Shown here: one piece after another, positions 50,339 to 61,375 of the stretch
Numbering within the stretch: the first letter of the stretch is position 1
Layout of the letters: every line of letters starts with the position of its first letter
From: Carpediemonas membranifera BICM
Taxonomy: Eukaryota; Protista; Fornicata
Length of the DNA stretch: 64,000 nt
Reading direction: 5' to 3'
Assembly: GCA_019828565.1 (NCBI GenBank)
Contig: JAHDYR010000048.1
Location: 4,200 to 68,199 of the forward strand
The notes under the pieces: generated by a model
Databases searched by the model: none
Told to the model about the DNA's origin: nothing
What the model saw: only the letters and a program-made list of their open reading frames with translations
Position numbers and translations under genes: made by a program

Positions 50339-52378
50339 ATGAAGGCGGAGACAGTGAGCTGCATCAATCCGACAGTTGATGGCATAGTATGTCTTGCTAA
50401 CTCTCCTCGGACCAGTTTGGGTCACAAGTTCTGCGCCGTATGCCGTTCAAGCGTCATTAGCATTATAACTCTTGTTAGCGGTGAGTGCAACGGCAAATAC
50501 GGCCGTTTCCTCGATGTTATTGTTCCCACTGGCATAGAAGTATCCTACGCGTGCTGGGCGACCTCTTCTGACGCCGAGAACGGCCATGGCTTCCTCGCCG
50601 GCCTCCGCCTCTTCATAGGCAGCAAGACGGGCCATGTCCTTGAGTGTAAGCTCAACGACCTCTCCTTTGAGTACGTAGAGTGCAATGCGGGCCCCGTAAC
50701 GCACATGGCGGTCTCCCCCGACCAAAGCCACCTCCTCGTCGCCTGCCACAACGGCGTCCGCCTCTTTGCCCTCGTCGCACCCGACGAAGCGCCAGTCCTG
50801 GTGCCCATTATTCGCCCCTTCACCCCCCACAAGGGCCCCGTGACGAACGTAGCCTGGTCTCAAGACGGGCAAGTGTTTTGCACTGCTGGCGGCGGTGTCG
50901 TCCACACTCAGACGTTGTCAAGGTCATCCCCCGACTCCTTCCCGTCTATCCAGTTCGCCATGCGTAGGCTGAGGGCAGACCCGACGTGTATTGCCGTTGT
51001 TAACGACGACACGCTCATTGCTGGCTCGGACATCGGCGAGATCTCCGTCTGGGAGCTCTCCAGTGGCTCCAGACTCTCTGTAGTTGCCACTAAGAACGCC
51101 ACGCCCGTCGAGAGCATAGCTACGGGCGACTACGAGGGCCACACCGTCCTCTTCGCCGGTACCACGGACGGCGGCCTCCTCCTTCTCGAGCACCTCGAGC
51201 ACCGCGAAGAATGGCACTCATACGGCCTTCACAGACCACACTCGCACCCTGTAACAGCCCTGACGTTCGATGAGGAGTCGGGCATTGCTCTGGCTGGGTC
51301 GGTTGACTCGCGACTCTCGGCAATTAGTGTGAGCGAGTTTAAGCGGCGGGCCATCTTCCACCGCTTCTCGCCCATGCTCATCGACCGGTCCCGTTTCCAT
51401 ATCAGCTCTACCGGCCGTACTGTCGCAGCGATCACCACCGTCTCACCTGGCACCGCCCGGGTATTCCACCTACCCGCTCCAGACTCCGGCGACACATGCA
51501 CCCACGCCGTCGCAGTGGTGGGCAAGGACGGGGCGACCCCTGACAGGTTCCACGGCGTTGCTGTCTCCCCCTCGCGGGCGGCTGTGGCGGTGCAGACTCA
51601 GGCCGGGGTGAGACTTTACTACCAGCCTGACGAGTCGAGTCCCGAGTCATTCGAACGCATCCCATGCTTCGACGCAGACCTGGCCGAGCTCCCCGGGGAC
51701 GCTAGGAAGTGCGTGCTCCCCACCCCAGTCAGTGCTATGGACTTCGCCGTCGTACACGATGAGGATGAGGATGGTGTGGGTGTGGAGTATCTCTTCGCTA
51801 TTCTCTCTACCGGCACCATGGTCAAGGTTGCCATCAATGGCGCCGTTGCTGTCGTCGGCAAGGTCTGCGCCGGGCCGGTCGCTTCCCTGCGTCTGGTCGA
51901 TGGTAGTCTCCTCGCTGTAGGCACTGATGGTGTCATATCTGTTATAGATCCCACATCTGGATCTGTGACCGCCGTATCTATCTCGGATCCTGTGATCGCC
52001 GCCACCGTGTCAGACGGCACCGTAATCGCCCAAACATGCCGCGGCACGATTGTCTCCGCATCTCTGGAGACACCACATGCCGTAAGATCCATCGCTACGC
52101 CAACTCGGCTGTCTGACAAGCTTGCTGGGCTCGTCGACCTCTCTATCGTCGCCGGTCGTCTGGTTGGTACGTCTCCTGGGTACATGATGGGTGCTGCCGT
52201 GGACGAGGGGCTGCCTGAGATGGACGAGTGCATCGTGAAGAAGAGGAACGAGCATATTGCTTGCAGTCAGGGTGCAGTTTATGGCGATGATGAGAGCGTG
52301 GTCGTCGTGGAGGTGCCGTGGAGCAGACTTGCGGCAGGGCTCCCACCAACGGTCTATGTGAAGCGCTTTAGCTCATAA
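50339..52378 (+). CDS. UTP4: U3 snoRNP WD40 protein Utp4/Cirhin
   Basis: RLFIGSKTGHVLE...GPVTHMAVSPDQSHLLVAC; C-terminal VVVEVPWSRLAAGLPPTVYVKRF is typical of Utp4. Confidence 0.75.
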   Translation: MKAETVSCINPTVDGIVCLANSPRTSLGHKFCAVCRSSVISIITLVSGECNGKYGRFLDVIVPTGIEVSYACWATSSDAENGHGFLAGLRLFIGSKTGHVLECKLNDLSFEYVECNAGPVTHMAVSPDQSHLLVACHNGVRLFALVAPDEAPVLVPIIRPFTPHKGPVTNVAWSQDGQVFCTAGGGVVHTQTLSRSSPDSFPSIQFAMRRLRADPTCIAVVNDDTLIAGSDIGEISVWELSSGSRLSVVATKNATPVESIATGDYEGHTVLFAGTTDGGLLLLEHLEHREEWHSYGLHRPHSHPVTALTFDEESGIALAGSVDSRLSAISVSEFKRRAIFHRFSPMLIDRSRFHISSTGRTVAAITTVSPGTARVFHLPAPDSGDTCTHAVAVVGKDGATPDRFHGVAVSPSRAAVAVQTQAGVRLYYQPDESSPESFERIPCFDADLAELPGDARKCVLPTPVSAMDFAVVHDEDEDGVGVEYLFAILSTGTMVKVAINGAVAVVGKVCAGPVASLRLVDGSLLAVGTDGVISVIDPTSGSVTAVSISDPVIAATVSDGTVIAQTCRGTIVSASLETPHAVRSIATPTRLSDKLAGLVDLSIVAGRLVGTSPGYMMGAAVDEGLPEMDECIVKKRNEHIACSQGAVYGDDESVVVVEVPWSRLAAGLPPTVYVKRFSS

Positions 52379-52501
52379 TTTAAACACAGCGGTTGAATGA
52401 TGATGTCTTTCATTCTTGAATGGTCTATACTTACGAACTCAACAGAGCGGGGTTAGGGGTGTATGAGGTGTGATCCCGACTCACCACTACTATGAGCATG
52501 T

Positions 52502-53734
52502 GTGCCCAATGACGCCGTTGAACTCGTCAAATTTGACGAGATCATTTCGCGTGAAGCGATGCTGTTTGAACTCCCACAGCTTGCCCAAGGCTTCTTGCAT
52601 GAGTTGTGCAAGCACTCCACTGATATATCAAAGCTGTTTGCTGCTGAAGATGATGTTCTTACGGGTCTTATCGCTTCGCTGAAAGGCCCACAGCCCACAT
52701 CTCAAGGAATAATGGCGCTTGCTTCACTTTGCCGCAGTTCCAGTGATGCTGCGATGAAGGTTCTTGAATCCGATACGGTAGAGATTCTGATCGCGCTCGT
52801 CGGGTCTAATGACGATGCCGCTGTCCAGGCCTCGGCCATCCAGGTCCTCACGGGCATCGTCGCCCACTCCGAGGAGCACGCGAAGCGTCTGATCGCCCGT
52901 GTCTCCCAGGGCCGGCTCGCCACGCTCCTGTGCCGCATCCTACCCGGGTCGAGCAAGCCGCCGTCGCCCACGGCCCCGCCCAGGCCCCGGCTCTCAGTCC
53001 ACGAGAGCGTGTCCAACAAGCTGATCGACTCTCTGGGCCGGCCCCCTGCCCCGAGCACCCCCTCGACCCTCCGGACCGTGGTGCTGCACACGGGGCCGAT
53101 CAGGGCGCTCACCACGGCGAATAACACGAGCGAGGATGAGGAGGAGGAGGAGGCGAAGGCCGCGTCCGAGTCGTACTCGTACTACTCCTACGACTCGGAC
53201 AGTGACTCTGACTCCGAGTCTGACTCTCACTCTGGTGATGAGACACCGGCGTCGAAGGTCAACCCGACGCCCACTCTGATCCCACAGGTCCCACCGTCAC
53301 CCCCTCTTGCCCCAGCCGAGCCCATTACCGACGATACCCAGGTCACGGGCCCGAGTCAGAGCTCACAGTCCGAGGCCACCCTGCCCCCGAGACCCGTGAA
53401 GCGGAAGGCGCCCATGGAGCCTGTTGTCCAGCGGAAGCGGGTCGAGACCAGCTCGAGCTCGGAGTCCGATGAGCCTGAAACAGCCCCAACCCCAACCCCC
53501 GCCCCAAAGGTCACCCCGAAGCGGTCCAAGTCAAGTGACTCCGACTCTGACTCGGGCTCTGAGTCTGACGGTCTGGCTGATATGATCGCCATGTCTGGGC
53601 GGAAGGAGGCGGTCCAGGTCGGCCCAACACCGGCCAAGCGTAGGGAGGCGGCCCGGCTGATCAAGCGGACCCGGAGCCTGGACGAGCTGCACCAGAGCCG
53701 GCATCTGATCCAGACCCTGGCGAAGGAGGGGTAG
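52502..53734 (+). CDS. hypothetical protein, ARM-like helical N-terminus + Ser/Asp/Pro-rich tail (5' end uncertain)
   Basis: 410-aa ORF with ARM-like LIALVGSNDDAAVQASAIQVLTGIV; in-frame stop just upstream, so the start is unresolved. Confidence 0.5.
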   Translation: MPNDAVELVKFDEIISREAMLFELPQLAQGFLHELCKHSTDISKLFAAEDDVLTGLIASLKGPQPTSQGIMALASLCRSSSDAAMKVLESDTVEILIALVGSNDDAAVQASAIQVLTGIVAHSEEHAKRLIARVSQGRLATLLCRILPGSSKPPSPTAPPRPRLSVHESVSNKLIDSLGRPPAPSTPSTLRTVVLHTGPIRALTTANNTSEDEEEEEAKAASESYSYYSYDSDSDSDSESDSHSGDETPASKVNPTPTLIPQVPPSPPLAPAEPITDDTQVTGPSQSSQSEATLPPRPVKRKAPMEPVVQRKRVETSSSSESDEPETAPTPTPAPKVTPKRSKSSDSDSDSGSESDGLADMIAMSGRKEAVQVGPTPAKRREAARLIKRTRSLDELHQSRHLIQTLAKEG

Positions 53735-53921
53735 CGCGTCTTGAGGAGTTCAGTTGATTGGCGGGTGGCTTTCTCGTTAGTTTGTCTAAAGGGCATAGTT
53801 CAGACGTTTGTTGATGAAGCGGTACTGAAGTTGATTAGATCAACTCATTGTCGTGTCAAGTCCTCGTGGCAGCTCAATCAAATGATTAGCTCCTTTTTCG
53901 GTCGTGACATGCCGACAAACG

Positions 53922-54842
53922 ATGGAGAACTTCCTTTGGCGGATCAAATTCCTCTCCAAACCAGAAGATCTCCTTGAATTTCAATGTGAACGCTCATGGC
54001 TATCGCTCATCGTGCTCCTTCCGCTCTTCGCCGTTGTGCAGCAGGTCTTACTCAGCACAGGCAACGCCATTGCGCACTTTCTTCCAGTAGAACGAAAGAA
54101 GTACGGCAAATTTGCAGAATCCTTTGCCTTTTTTAACATATACACGACGTACGTCGTTATCAACACTCTCATCCTCTTCAAGGACGGCTCGCTCTTCGAC
54201 CACGAGCGCCAGTGGACGAACCTCTTCGACCTCGAGACCTTCCTTCGCTCGGAAGAGCGTATCCGCATTGTTGAGCTCTGCCAGTTCTCGTACTACGCCG
54301 TCTCGATGGTCCGAATGTTCCTCAGCGAGCGCCGCAAGCACCGCGACTTCCCTGTCATGCTCATCCACCATGTAGTGACCCTCGGCCTCATCCTGTTCTC
54401 CTACCCCGACCCGTTCTACCACCGCACAGCCATCACGATCATGCTCGTTCATGACGTCTCTGACGTCTTCCTCGAGGGCTCCAAGATGCTCGTCTACTGC
54501 GGGCAGGGTCTGTCTGACTGCACATTCAAGGTGTTCGCTGTGGTATTCCCCCTCTCTCGGCTCGTGCTCTACCCGTACTTCTGCGTCTTCAACTATATCC
54601 TGCACTCACCCTCCGTCGCCGCAGAGTACAAGGGTCACCCCGCCCTGCACCCGGGCGACGAGAACTACATGAAGCCCGGTTGCATCCTCTTCCTCTGCAC
54701 CCTGCTCGTGCTCCACCTCTACTGGTTCGCCCTCATCGTCAAGATGGCCATCCCATCGTTCATGGGGAAGCACACGGAAGGTGATATAAGGTCGCCCGAG
54801 CAGCAGGCCCGACTGAAGGAAGAGGCGGCTAAAAGTAAATAA
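53922..54842 (+). CDS. TLC-domain ceramide synthase (LAG1/LASS family)
   Basis: KFAES, RKHRDFPVMLIHHVVTLGLILFSY, LVHDVSDVFLE (Lag1p motif), LLVLHLYWF, GDIRS. Confidence 0.92.
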   Translation: MENFLWRIKFLSKPEDLLEFQCERSWLSLIVLLPLFAVVQQVLLSTGNAIAHFLPVERKKYGKFAESFAFFNIYTTYVVINTLILFKDGSLFDHERQWTNLFDLETFLRSEERIRIVELCQFSYYAVSMVRMFLSERRKHRDFPVMLIHHVVTLGLILFSYPDPFYHRTAITIMLVHDVSDVFLEGSKMLVYCGQGLSDCTFKVFAVVFPLSRLVLYPYFCVFNYILHSPSVAAEYKGHPALHPGDENYMKPGCILFLCTLLVLHLYWFALIVKMAIPSFMGKHTEGDIRSPEQQARLKEEAAKSK

Positions 54843-54898
54843 TGTAAATAGTGCACAAGTCTCTACAAATCTTTATCTATCAATCCAGACTGTCGAAT

Positions 54899-56607
54899 CT
54901 AGATCAAATCCCACAGATCCACCTCCTGGCTTCCATCTCTACCAGGCGACACCTCAGCCTCACCATCCCCCTGGCCCACCGCTGACCCAGTGCCACCCCG
55001 TCCAGCTCCGGACTCCAACGCAGCCACCCTCGACTCCAGCCCCTCCATCTTCCCTGCCACCTCAGCCAGCTTCGAGCTCAACTCGGTCTGACTCGCTAGG
55101 AGCTGCTGGACCATTCCGACGAGGGTCGACTCCTTTGAGTCACCCAACCCACTTGGCCCGACTGCTTCAAACTGATTAGCGGTGTTCGCGGCCTTGGGCA
55201 GCGGTGTTTGGCTCATGCTCGGCGTCATTGTCATCGGTGTTGCGGTCGGTGTGGTCCTGGCTGACGAACTCCGAGATCCGACAATCAGTGGAGAAACCGA
55301 GTGAGACTTGCCAATCGGAGTTGACAAAAAGGGTGGACGCGGTGGAAGTGAAGCGGTCGAGGGAGATCTTGAAGGAGATCTGTAAGTCGACCCCACAGTC
55401 GCTTCGAGTCGAGTCAGTTTCGAGGTCATGGCCGCCTTATGGATGCCGTTGGAGTGCTTCGCTAAGGCAGACTCCACCTGCCTCTTCTGATCTGACATTA
55501 CTCTCGGTGTAGCAAGAGCTACTTGTGAGACAGGCAACCCGGTTGAGTTTTCTTTGAAACGTGCTAAAATTGGGTCATCGCCAGGTCTCGAACCCACGTC
55601 CAATGCAATAATCTCCCCCTTATCCGTTCCCCCTACAACAGTTCCAGGGCTGGCGGCCGTAATCGAGGAGAACCGCACGGCGTCGATTTGCTGGTCAAAG
55701 AAGGGCCGCTTGGCCACACCAGTGAGGTTGGTAGTCAGGGAGACGGTTACACGTCCGTCTCTACCGGCGGTGGCGATGTAATCACCGTTGAAATTGGTTG
55801 AACCGCTAGATATGTAGCACGCGACACATGGCCCGGAATGAATGTGTGCCATCCCTATCTCGAGCCAGCTATCAGCGCTGTCGGCAGCAAAGAGGCGAAC
55901 TTGCCCACTGGCATATGTTGCTAGGAGTTGGAATGGCGAGGTTGTTGTGGGGACGGGGCAAAAGGAGAGCGACGTGACTGCATCTGACTCGGACGAGACA
56001 TGGACGGTCGACATATCTGTTACAGATTTGGTGGTATCATCGTACTTGATTCTTGTGACATGAATCTTCCCAGAGACGTCAGCCGAAGCAATATAGTCGA
56101 TGGATTCAACGTAGGAGATGTAAACGGACGGCGCTGAGCACACGGCCGACACTGCGGCGTAGTGCAGCTTCTCTCTGCTCACGATGGCCTTGCTTCTCAA
56201 GGAATACAGGAAGAGCTCACCCGAGTCGTTGCCAGCTGCGAGGAAGCGGGAGTTCTGAGTGATTGTAGCTGCTCTGAGGGGTGAAGGGGCAGCATTCTCG
56301 CCCATGAGTATGGGATCCAGGAGCAGCGTGGTGCCAGTGATGGTGGGTGAGCCCTTGGAGCGGAGGGCGCATAGTGCGGCGTGCCCATCGGAGCCGATCG
56401 TCACACAGGCGTTGTATGTGTTAGTAGGGGGTAATATGATGGTAACGTACTGTTAGAGCTCCACATGGCATCGTTGACGGGATATCTGTTGTGGGCTACG
56501 TCGGGGATGGTGCAGACGAGCGTAGGGCCATTCGATCCGGAGATATTCCATACTCGGGCGATATTAGAGCACGATAGCAGGTATTTTGGCGCCGTAGCAC
56601 GCTTCAT
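54899..56607 (-). CDS. NEDD1/GCP-WD-like WD40 protein with C-terminal coiled coil, 2 exons: 56607-56451, 56415-54899
   Basis: LLSCSNIARVWN...VNDAMWSSN.N.CVTIGSDG resembles the NEDD1 N-terminus; WD40 blades; coiled coil at the C-terminus. The splice acceptor is non-canonical. Confidence 0.6.
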
Positions 56608-56736
56608 ACCAAATTCCCGCGCCGGTCTCCTTCGATTCTGTCTGATATCATAATCTCCATGTAACACACGTAAATCACCCAACCAACATCTCCAAAGCCG
56701 TAGTAAAGTTTAAATAAGCGTAGAGACGCCCCAGGC

Positions 56737-58411
56737 TCACCCTGTGATGTCCGCTAACCCAGGTACGAGTGTCATGACCGAGCTCCTCGCCGTTGGCTCC
56801 ATCTGGAACAAAACGAACGCCACACGCATCAAAACAGGGTATGAGGTCTCCATGCGTGAGTATGCCTCCAGTGCGGTCTGGTTTGAAGCAAACGTCGTGC
56901 CTCTCACCGCGCTGAGTTCGTCATAAAGTCTCGTTTCAACAACATCGATGTCAGCCACGCTCTGAGTTACGAACAGACGAATGATCTCCCGTATAGTCCT
57001 CCTCGCCGCCTCCTGGTGTGCCTCAGGCATCGTTGTCCTGTCGTTAAACTGCTCTGGGTCAAGCATGTAACAAGCAGCCATTCCCCCAACCCAACCGTTG
57101 TTGCTGAACGAGCTGTCCACAATGTCGAACAGGTCCCTTTGTAGAGTGCTGTTGGGGTCAGCGAAGGTATGGTTCGACACTTCGAGCTCTCGCATGAGGA
57201 CGTACAGCTCAGACAAGCTGACGGCCCTGGAGTGGAGGACGTCAAAGCTCGTTGAGAGGGCTGTGAAGAACGTCTCGAGTGGCCTCAACGTGTTCCAATC
57301 CTCGTTGGCAGCGCTACGCCATAGAGCAGTGCTCTCGTCCGCCTGTATGCTGGCCGACTCTTCGAGCACCGCCTTCTGGGCTGCTCGCCAGTCGGATGTG
57401 AGGTCGAGCTCAGGCCCGCCGAGACCTAGAGCCATTGGAGAAAGCGCCTGCATCTGCAGCGAGCGTCTGTCCCGCCGTGCCATGATTTCCCTAACAACGG
57501 GCAGGTTAGTCACAGTCGCGGCGATTGTCTCCAGGATCCTGAGGCCGCAAGTGTACACCTTGATGGGATACGTCGCGTCCGTCGGGTGAGTGGGTGTGAT
57601 AGACGGCATCTGATCGAAACCAGGCACCGCAGTGCATACGCTGAGGACCGTATACTGTGGGCTCGTGGCGATGAAGTGGCGGACAAGGTCGGCGGCGTCC
57701 TGGGGTGCTCGGGGGACGCTGGGCAGCACCTTTCGCTCCTCGACCCCGGGGCATGAAAGCACCCCTGTGATCTCCGAGCTCTCGCCCATAGTGAGCTTGA
57801 GCGTGCCACACAACTCCGTCGACTGCTGTGCCGCTGGCGGCGGGAGGTCATGTGGTGGGATCAGGATGTCTGCCCGCGGAGTGATGGATTCAAGAGTGGA
57901 GAGGGGGTCGCTGACGGTGTCACCCAGGCTCTCGTGTCGGGCATGCTTCTGGAGTGTGTCGCTGAAACTTGGGTTCAAACTCGAGATAAAGGAGTTGAAA
58001 TGCTCACTCTCAACGAGGGCATCGTATTTGATCCCGATGCTGTCTGCTAGCCGCACCAGAGTGTTGGTGATGTCCGTCTGGGGAGGGATCGGGTCCGCTT
58101 TTCGCTTACGGGTCGACGTCGTTGTCGATTTCTTGGACTGCGGAACCTTATTCGCCTCTGCATCGGTCTTTGCCTCATCAGTTGCCTTGGTGCATAGTAG
58201 AATATGGTTCACGGCGCTTCCTAAGTGAGTATGAGTGCTGAGACATACTCTTTCGCTTATCCATCTCGATACCGCAATACTTGCAGGATATTAGCTTCTT
58301 ACTATCTCCGTCTTTTTCAACGACATCGAAATGGCGCGTGGTAAAAGGACACTGCGGCCGTCCTCCTGGCATCCGTTCAAACCCGGGGGGCTTTAAACTG
58401 CGAAATCTCAT
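56737..58411 (-). CDS. BED zinc finger + degenerate hAT transposase-like body (ZBED-like), 2 exons; intron 58248-58221
   Basis: HFDVV...SCKYC...RSAVNHILLC BED finger after removing the 28-nt GTATGT...ACTCACTTAG intron. DWNTLRPLETFF..LS and YPVLMRVAFVLFQMEPT resemble the hAT C-terminal region. Confidence 0.65.
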
Positions 58412-58537
58412 GTCCTCGCGAGTAGGGGCATATAGTGTGCTTGCCCCTTCTCGCGCGCTTTATTCCCACGGGCCTCGCCCTTCTTTCTCTCGTCCTGATT
58501 CGATAAGTTTATACGTCGTGTGTGTAGCACACCCATC

Positions 58538-59169
58538 TCAAGCTGTCGGCTGGTCAGGCAGCCTCTCGATCTTCATAGAATGGTGGCCGACGTACATGAT
58601 TGGGATGCCCGGTACCTTTCTGACTTCCCGACGGAAATCCCGGTCATTAGTGGCAATGATGAAGCACATGTGGGCCTTCGCATGGTCCATGAGGCACTTA
58701 TCACCGTATCCACGCTCGTCCTCGTGGACGCACTTGATCCGCTTCACCCGGGGGTCCTTGGCGAGCTTCAGAGCAAGACCCATACGCTGGCCATGGCGCT
58801 CGAGCTCGTTCATGATGCAGTCCGTGACGAAAGGGGTGCACTTGGCTAAGAGACAGTCCATCATGCTGGTGACGAGGTCGAGTTTGTGCTTGATGGCCTG
58901 ATTGAGGAAGGAGGTATCCACAAGGACGTTGTACGGAGGTGCAAGGCGGGTGTTGTATGTAAAGAACATGGCGGAATCGTGTTGAAGGCTGTATTAGGCG
59001 GTAGAGTTGGACAAACACTTGCTTCTCGTGCTTCTCGACAGCCTTTTGCATGGCTTCCTGGTTCTCCTTGCTGGATAAGAGAATGGGGAGGTACAAACGT
59101 TCTAGCATCCCGCTTTGAGATGGTCTTCTTCATGACCGCAAACTTGCGCTGCTTCTTCGCTGTTCCCAT
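58538..59169 (-). CDS. FCF1: rRNA-processing PIN nuclease Fcf1/Utp24, 3 exons
   Basis: MGTAKKQRKFAVMK, FFTYNTRLAPPYNVLVDTSF, TDCIMNELE, ATNDRDFRREVRKVPGIPIMY; 28-nt introns at 59098-59071 and 59016-58989. Confidence 0.95.
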
Positions 59170-59491
59170 CAGTCTTTTGCTCCGTCCAGTGAACGCTTGG
59201 CTAGCCTGCGCGGGGAGATATGGGACGTGATCACCCCTCGCAAGGGTACTACAGACCTGCTTGAATACTGTGCTGACCCATGTTCCCTTTTGAAAGATAT
59301 CCGGAAAGAGCATTCCTCGCTCTCTTCCACAACAGGCTCTCCCGCCCGATTTAAACACGATGGGCCGACTCAATTCATATACACACACGCTTATACGCTC
59401 AATCTCCACATTGCCTTCTCATCCTTATTCTGCGATTATCATTCCGGCAAATGGCTCCGTTAGCTGAGCGCCTACGCCGATCAAACCGAAA

Positions 59492-61066
59492 ATGTTCAAT
59501 TACCTTGTCCAAAAAGCCGCCTTGAGCCCCAAGCATTCCCCCAAAGACGGCGGACGCCTTCTACTCCGATATACGACGTTTAGCCCGTCGAAAACCATCG
59601 ATGTTCCGTGTGAAACGGGAATTCATGCGGTTATGCCCATCAAGAAGAAGAATGCTCTTCTCTCTCTCGTTGATCTGGCCAAACTCTCATACACAGACCT
59701 TGATACAAACACCACGCGCATCTTCTCGACCGCACACAGCGATATGGCTGTCGCCGTCGAGCCTCTAACGGACGATCAATCAATGATCGTCACATGCGGT
59801 ATAGACGGCAAGCTGATCGTCCACTCATGGTCTTCCCAAGCACTGAAGCAGCGCACAGAGCTTCAGGAGGAGGACTGGATTCGATGCGCCCGACGCAGCG
59901 GTGAACGCCTCTACATCGGCCTGATCGACGGCACGATAGTCTCCCGGGACGTCCACAGCATGCGGCTGTCCTCGCGTGCTTCCATCTCCCACATGCCATC
60001 CATCGGGGTGAGCACCGGCCCCTCCGCCATCAGACAGCTCCATGGCGACACCGCCGACCCCAGCCTGGTTGTTACTAACAGGGCCGGGTACTTTAGCCTC
60101 TACGACCCTCGCGCCGATACCTGGGGTGAGGCTCTGAGGGCACACCGACATGCTCTCAACACTCTCGACGTCTCGCCGCATGGGGAGATACTCAGCTCGG
60201 GTCGGGACTCGACCGTCAAGCTGTGGGACGCGAGACATCTTACTCGGCCCCTGACGGTCTTCTCGAACCATAGGTGTCAGCGATCAATGCTGGCTGCCTC
60301 GTTCTCGGCCCAAGGCCACATCATCGCCGGCGACGAGCGCGGTGGGGCAGTTGTGTACCACAACAACGGCTCGTTCAACAGCCACCCCCACAGAGACCAC
60401 ATCCTGCCCGACGCAGAGCAGGGCGCCCACGTGCTCACGGCTGTAGGGACGAAGCTCGTGGCTGTGACGGGAGACAGATCGAGGCAACTCGTCGTGTGCG
60501 ACCTGGGGCCGAGGAAGGAGGCTCATCATTTGATTGGCGGCATCACCCCGCAGTGGGCGGCGAGTCACGCCATCTCGACGATGGCTGCCACCACCATCGG
60601 CACCAACCCCAGCACCCCCACTAACGCCCCATCACCTGCCTTCAACACGCCCTCCATTCGTCCCACGAGACCGCCAGTGCACCAGAGGACAAGGAGCGCC
60701 CCTCCCACGGGCCTTGACCTGCTCACTGCTGAGTACAGGGAGCTGAGCTCGGCCTATTTAAGCAAATTTAGCGATATCATTCTGGCCGGATTCCGGACTT
60801 ATAATCTCTCAGCCACATCCACTTTCAGCGCTCTCAAGGCCGTCTCGCACCTCTTTGACGGCACAACACTCCCTGGCCGCGGCCTAATTATTCTTTGGAG
60901 ACTTCAGCAAGACTACATGTCTCGTATGAAGATTCTCAGCCAGACTCTGGGTGAGTCGGACGGCCTGGGCGATGTCGAGGTGGGTCGGGCGGCGGAGTGG
61001 CTCATGATTCGCCACTCGGCCCGGGTGGAGCGGATGAGGCAGCGGTGGGCGCTTGATGTTGATTGA
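59492..61066 (+). CDS. WD40-repeat protein with unrecognised helical C-terminal domain
   Basis: AHSD...IVTCGIDGKLIVHSW, AHRHALNTLDVSPHGEILSSGRDSTVKLWD. Confidence 0.75.
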   Translation: MFNYLVQKAALSPKHSPKDGGRLLLRYTTFSPSKTIDVPCETGIHAVMPIKKKNALLSLVDLAKLSYTDLDTNTTRIFSTAHSDMAVAVEPLTDDQSMIVTCGIDGKLIVHSWSSQALKQRTELQEEDWIRCARRSGERLYIGLIDGTIVSRDVHSMRLSSRASISHMPSIGVSTGPSAIRQLHGDTADPSLVVTNRAGYFSLYDPRADTWGEALRAHRHALNTLDVSPHGEILSSGRDSTVKLWDARHLTRPLTVFSNHRCQRSMLAASFSAQGHIIAGDERGGAVVYHNNGSFNSHPHRDHILPDAEQGAHVLTAVGTKLVAVTGDRSRQLVVCDLGPRKEAHHLIGGITPQWAASHAISTMAATTIGTNPSTPTNAPSPAFNTPSIRPTRPPVHQRTRSAPPTGLDLLTAEYRELSSAYLSKFSDIILAGFRTYNLSATSTFSALKAVSHLFDGTTLPGRGLIILWRLQQDYMSRMKILSQTLGESDGLGDVEVGRAAEWLMIRHSARVERMRQRWALDVD

Positions 61067-61375
61067 GTTGTAAAGCGGACGAGGTGGTTGGTGCGTTGGG
61101 TTTAGAGAGCAGGGATGCGCCGGGCGTCCTGCTGGTGGAACTGAGAAGGAGATGAGCTTGGAGACGGACAAGCTCGGAACTGCTTCGCCAGGTAGCTCAA
61201 ACCGCTCAGACGCGAACAGCAAAGATTGCAATGAGCCAATTCTGCACAGAATCCAGAATGAACCACTGTCTTTATTCCCTCAGCCTTGTTAACCACCCGA
61301 GCAACAGGCTAACTGCCCACATCTACATACACCGCAAGGAAGCATGTAGGCCGGCACGTCCGACTCCAATCCAGA

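Noticed and set aside
52427-52545. U1 snRNA-like elements (ATACTTAC, GGTG-TGATCCCGACT-CACC stem-loop, AATTTG) and an 18-bp palindrome CTCGTCAAATTTGACGAG
   Set aside because: There is no U1A loop or convincing four-way junction. The palindrome and Sm-like site fall within plausible coding sequence (ELVKFDE). An Infernal search would be needed to support it.
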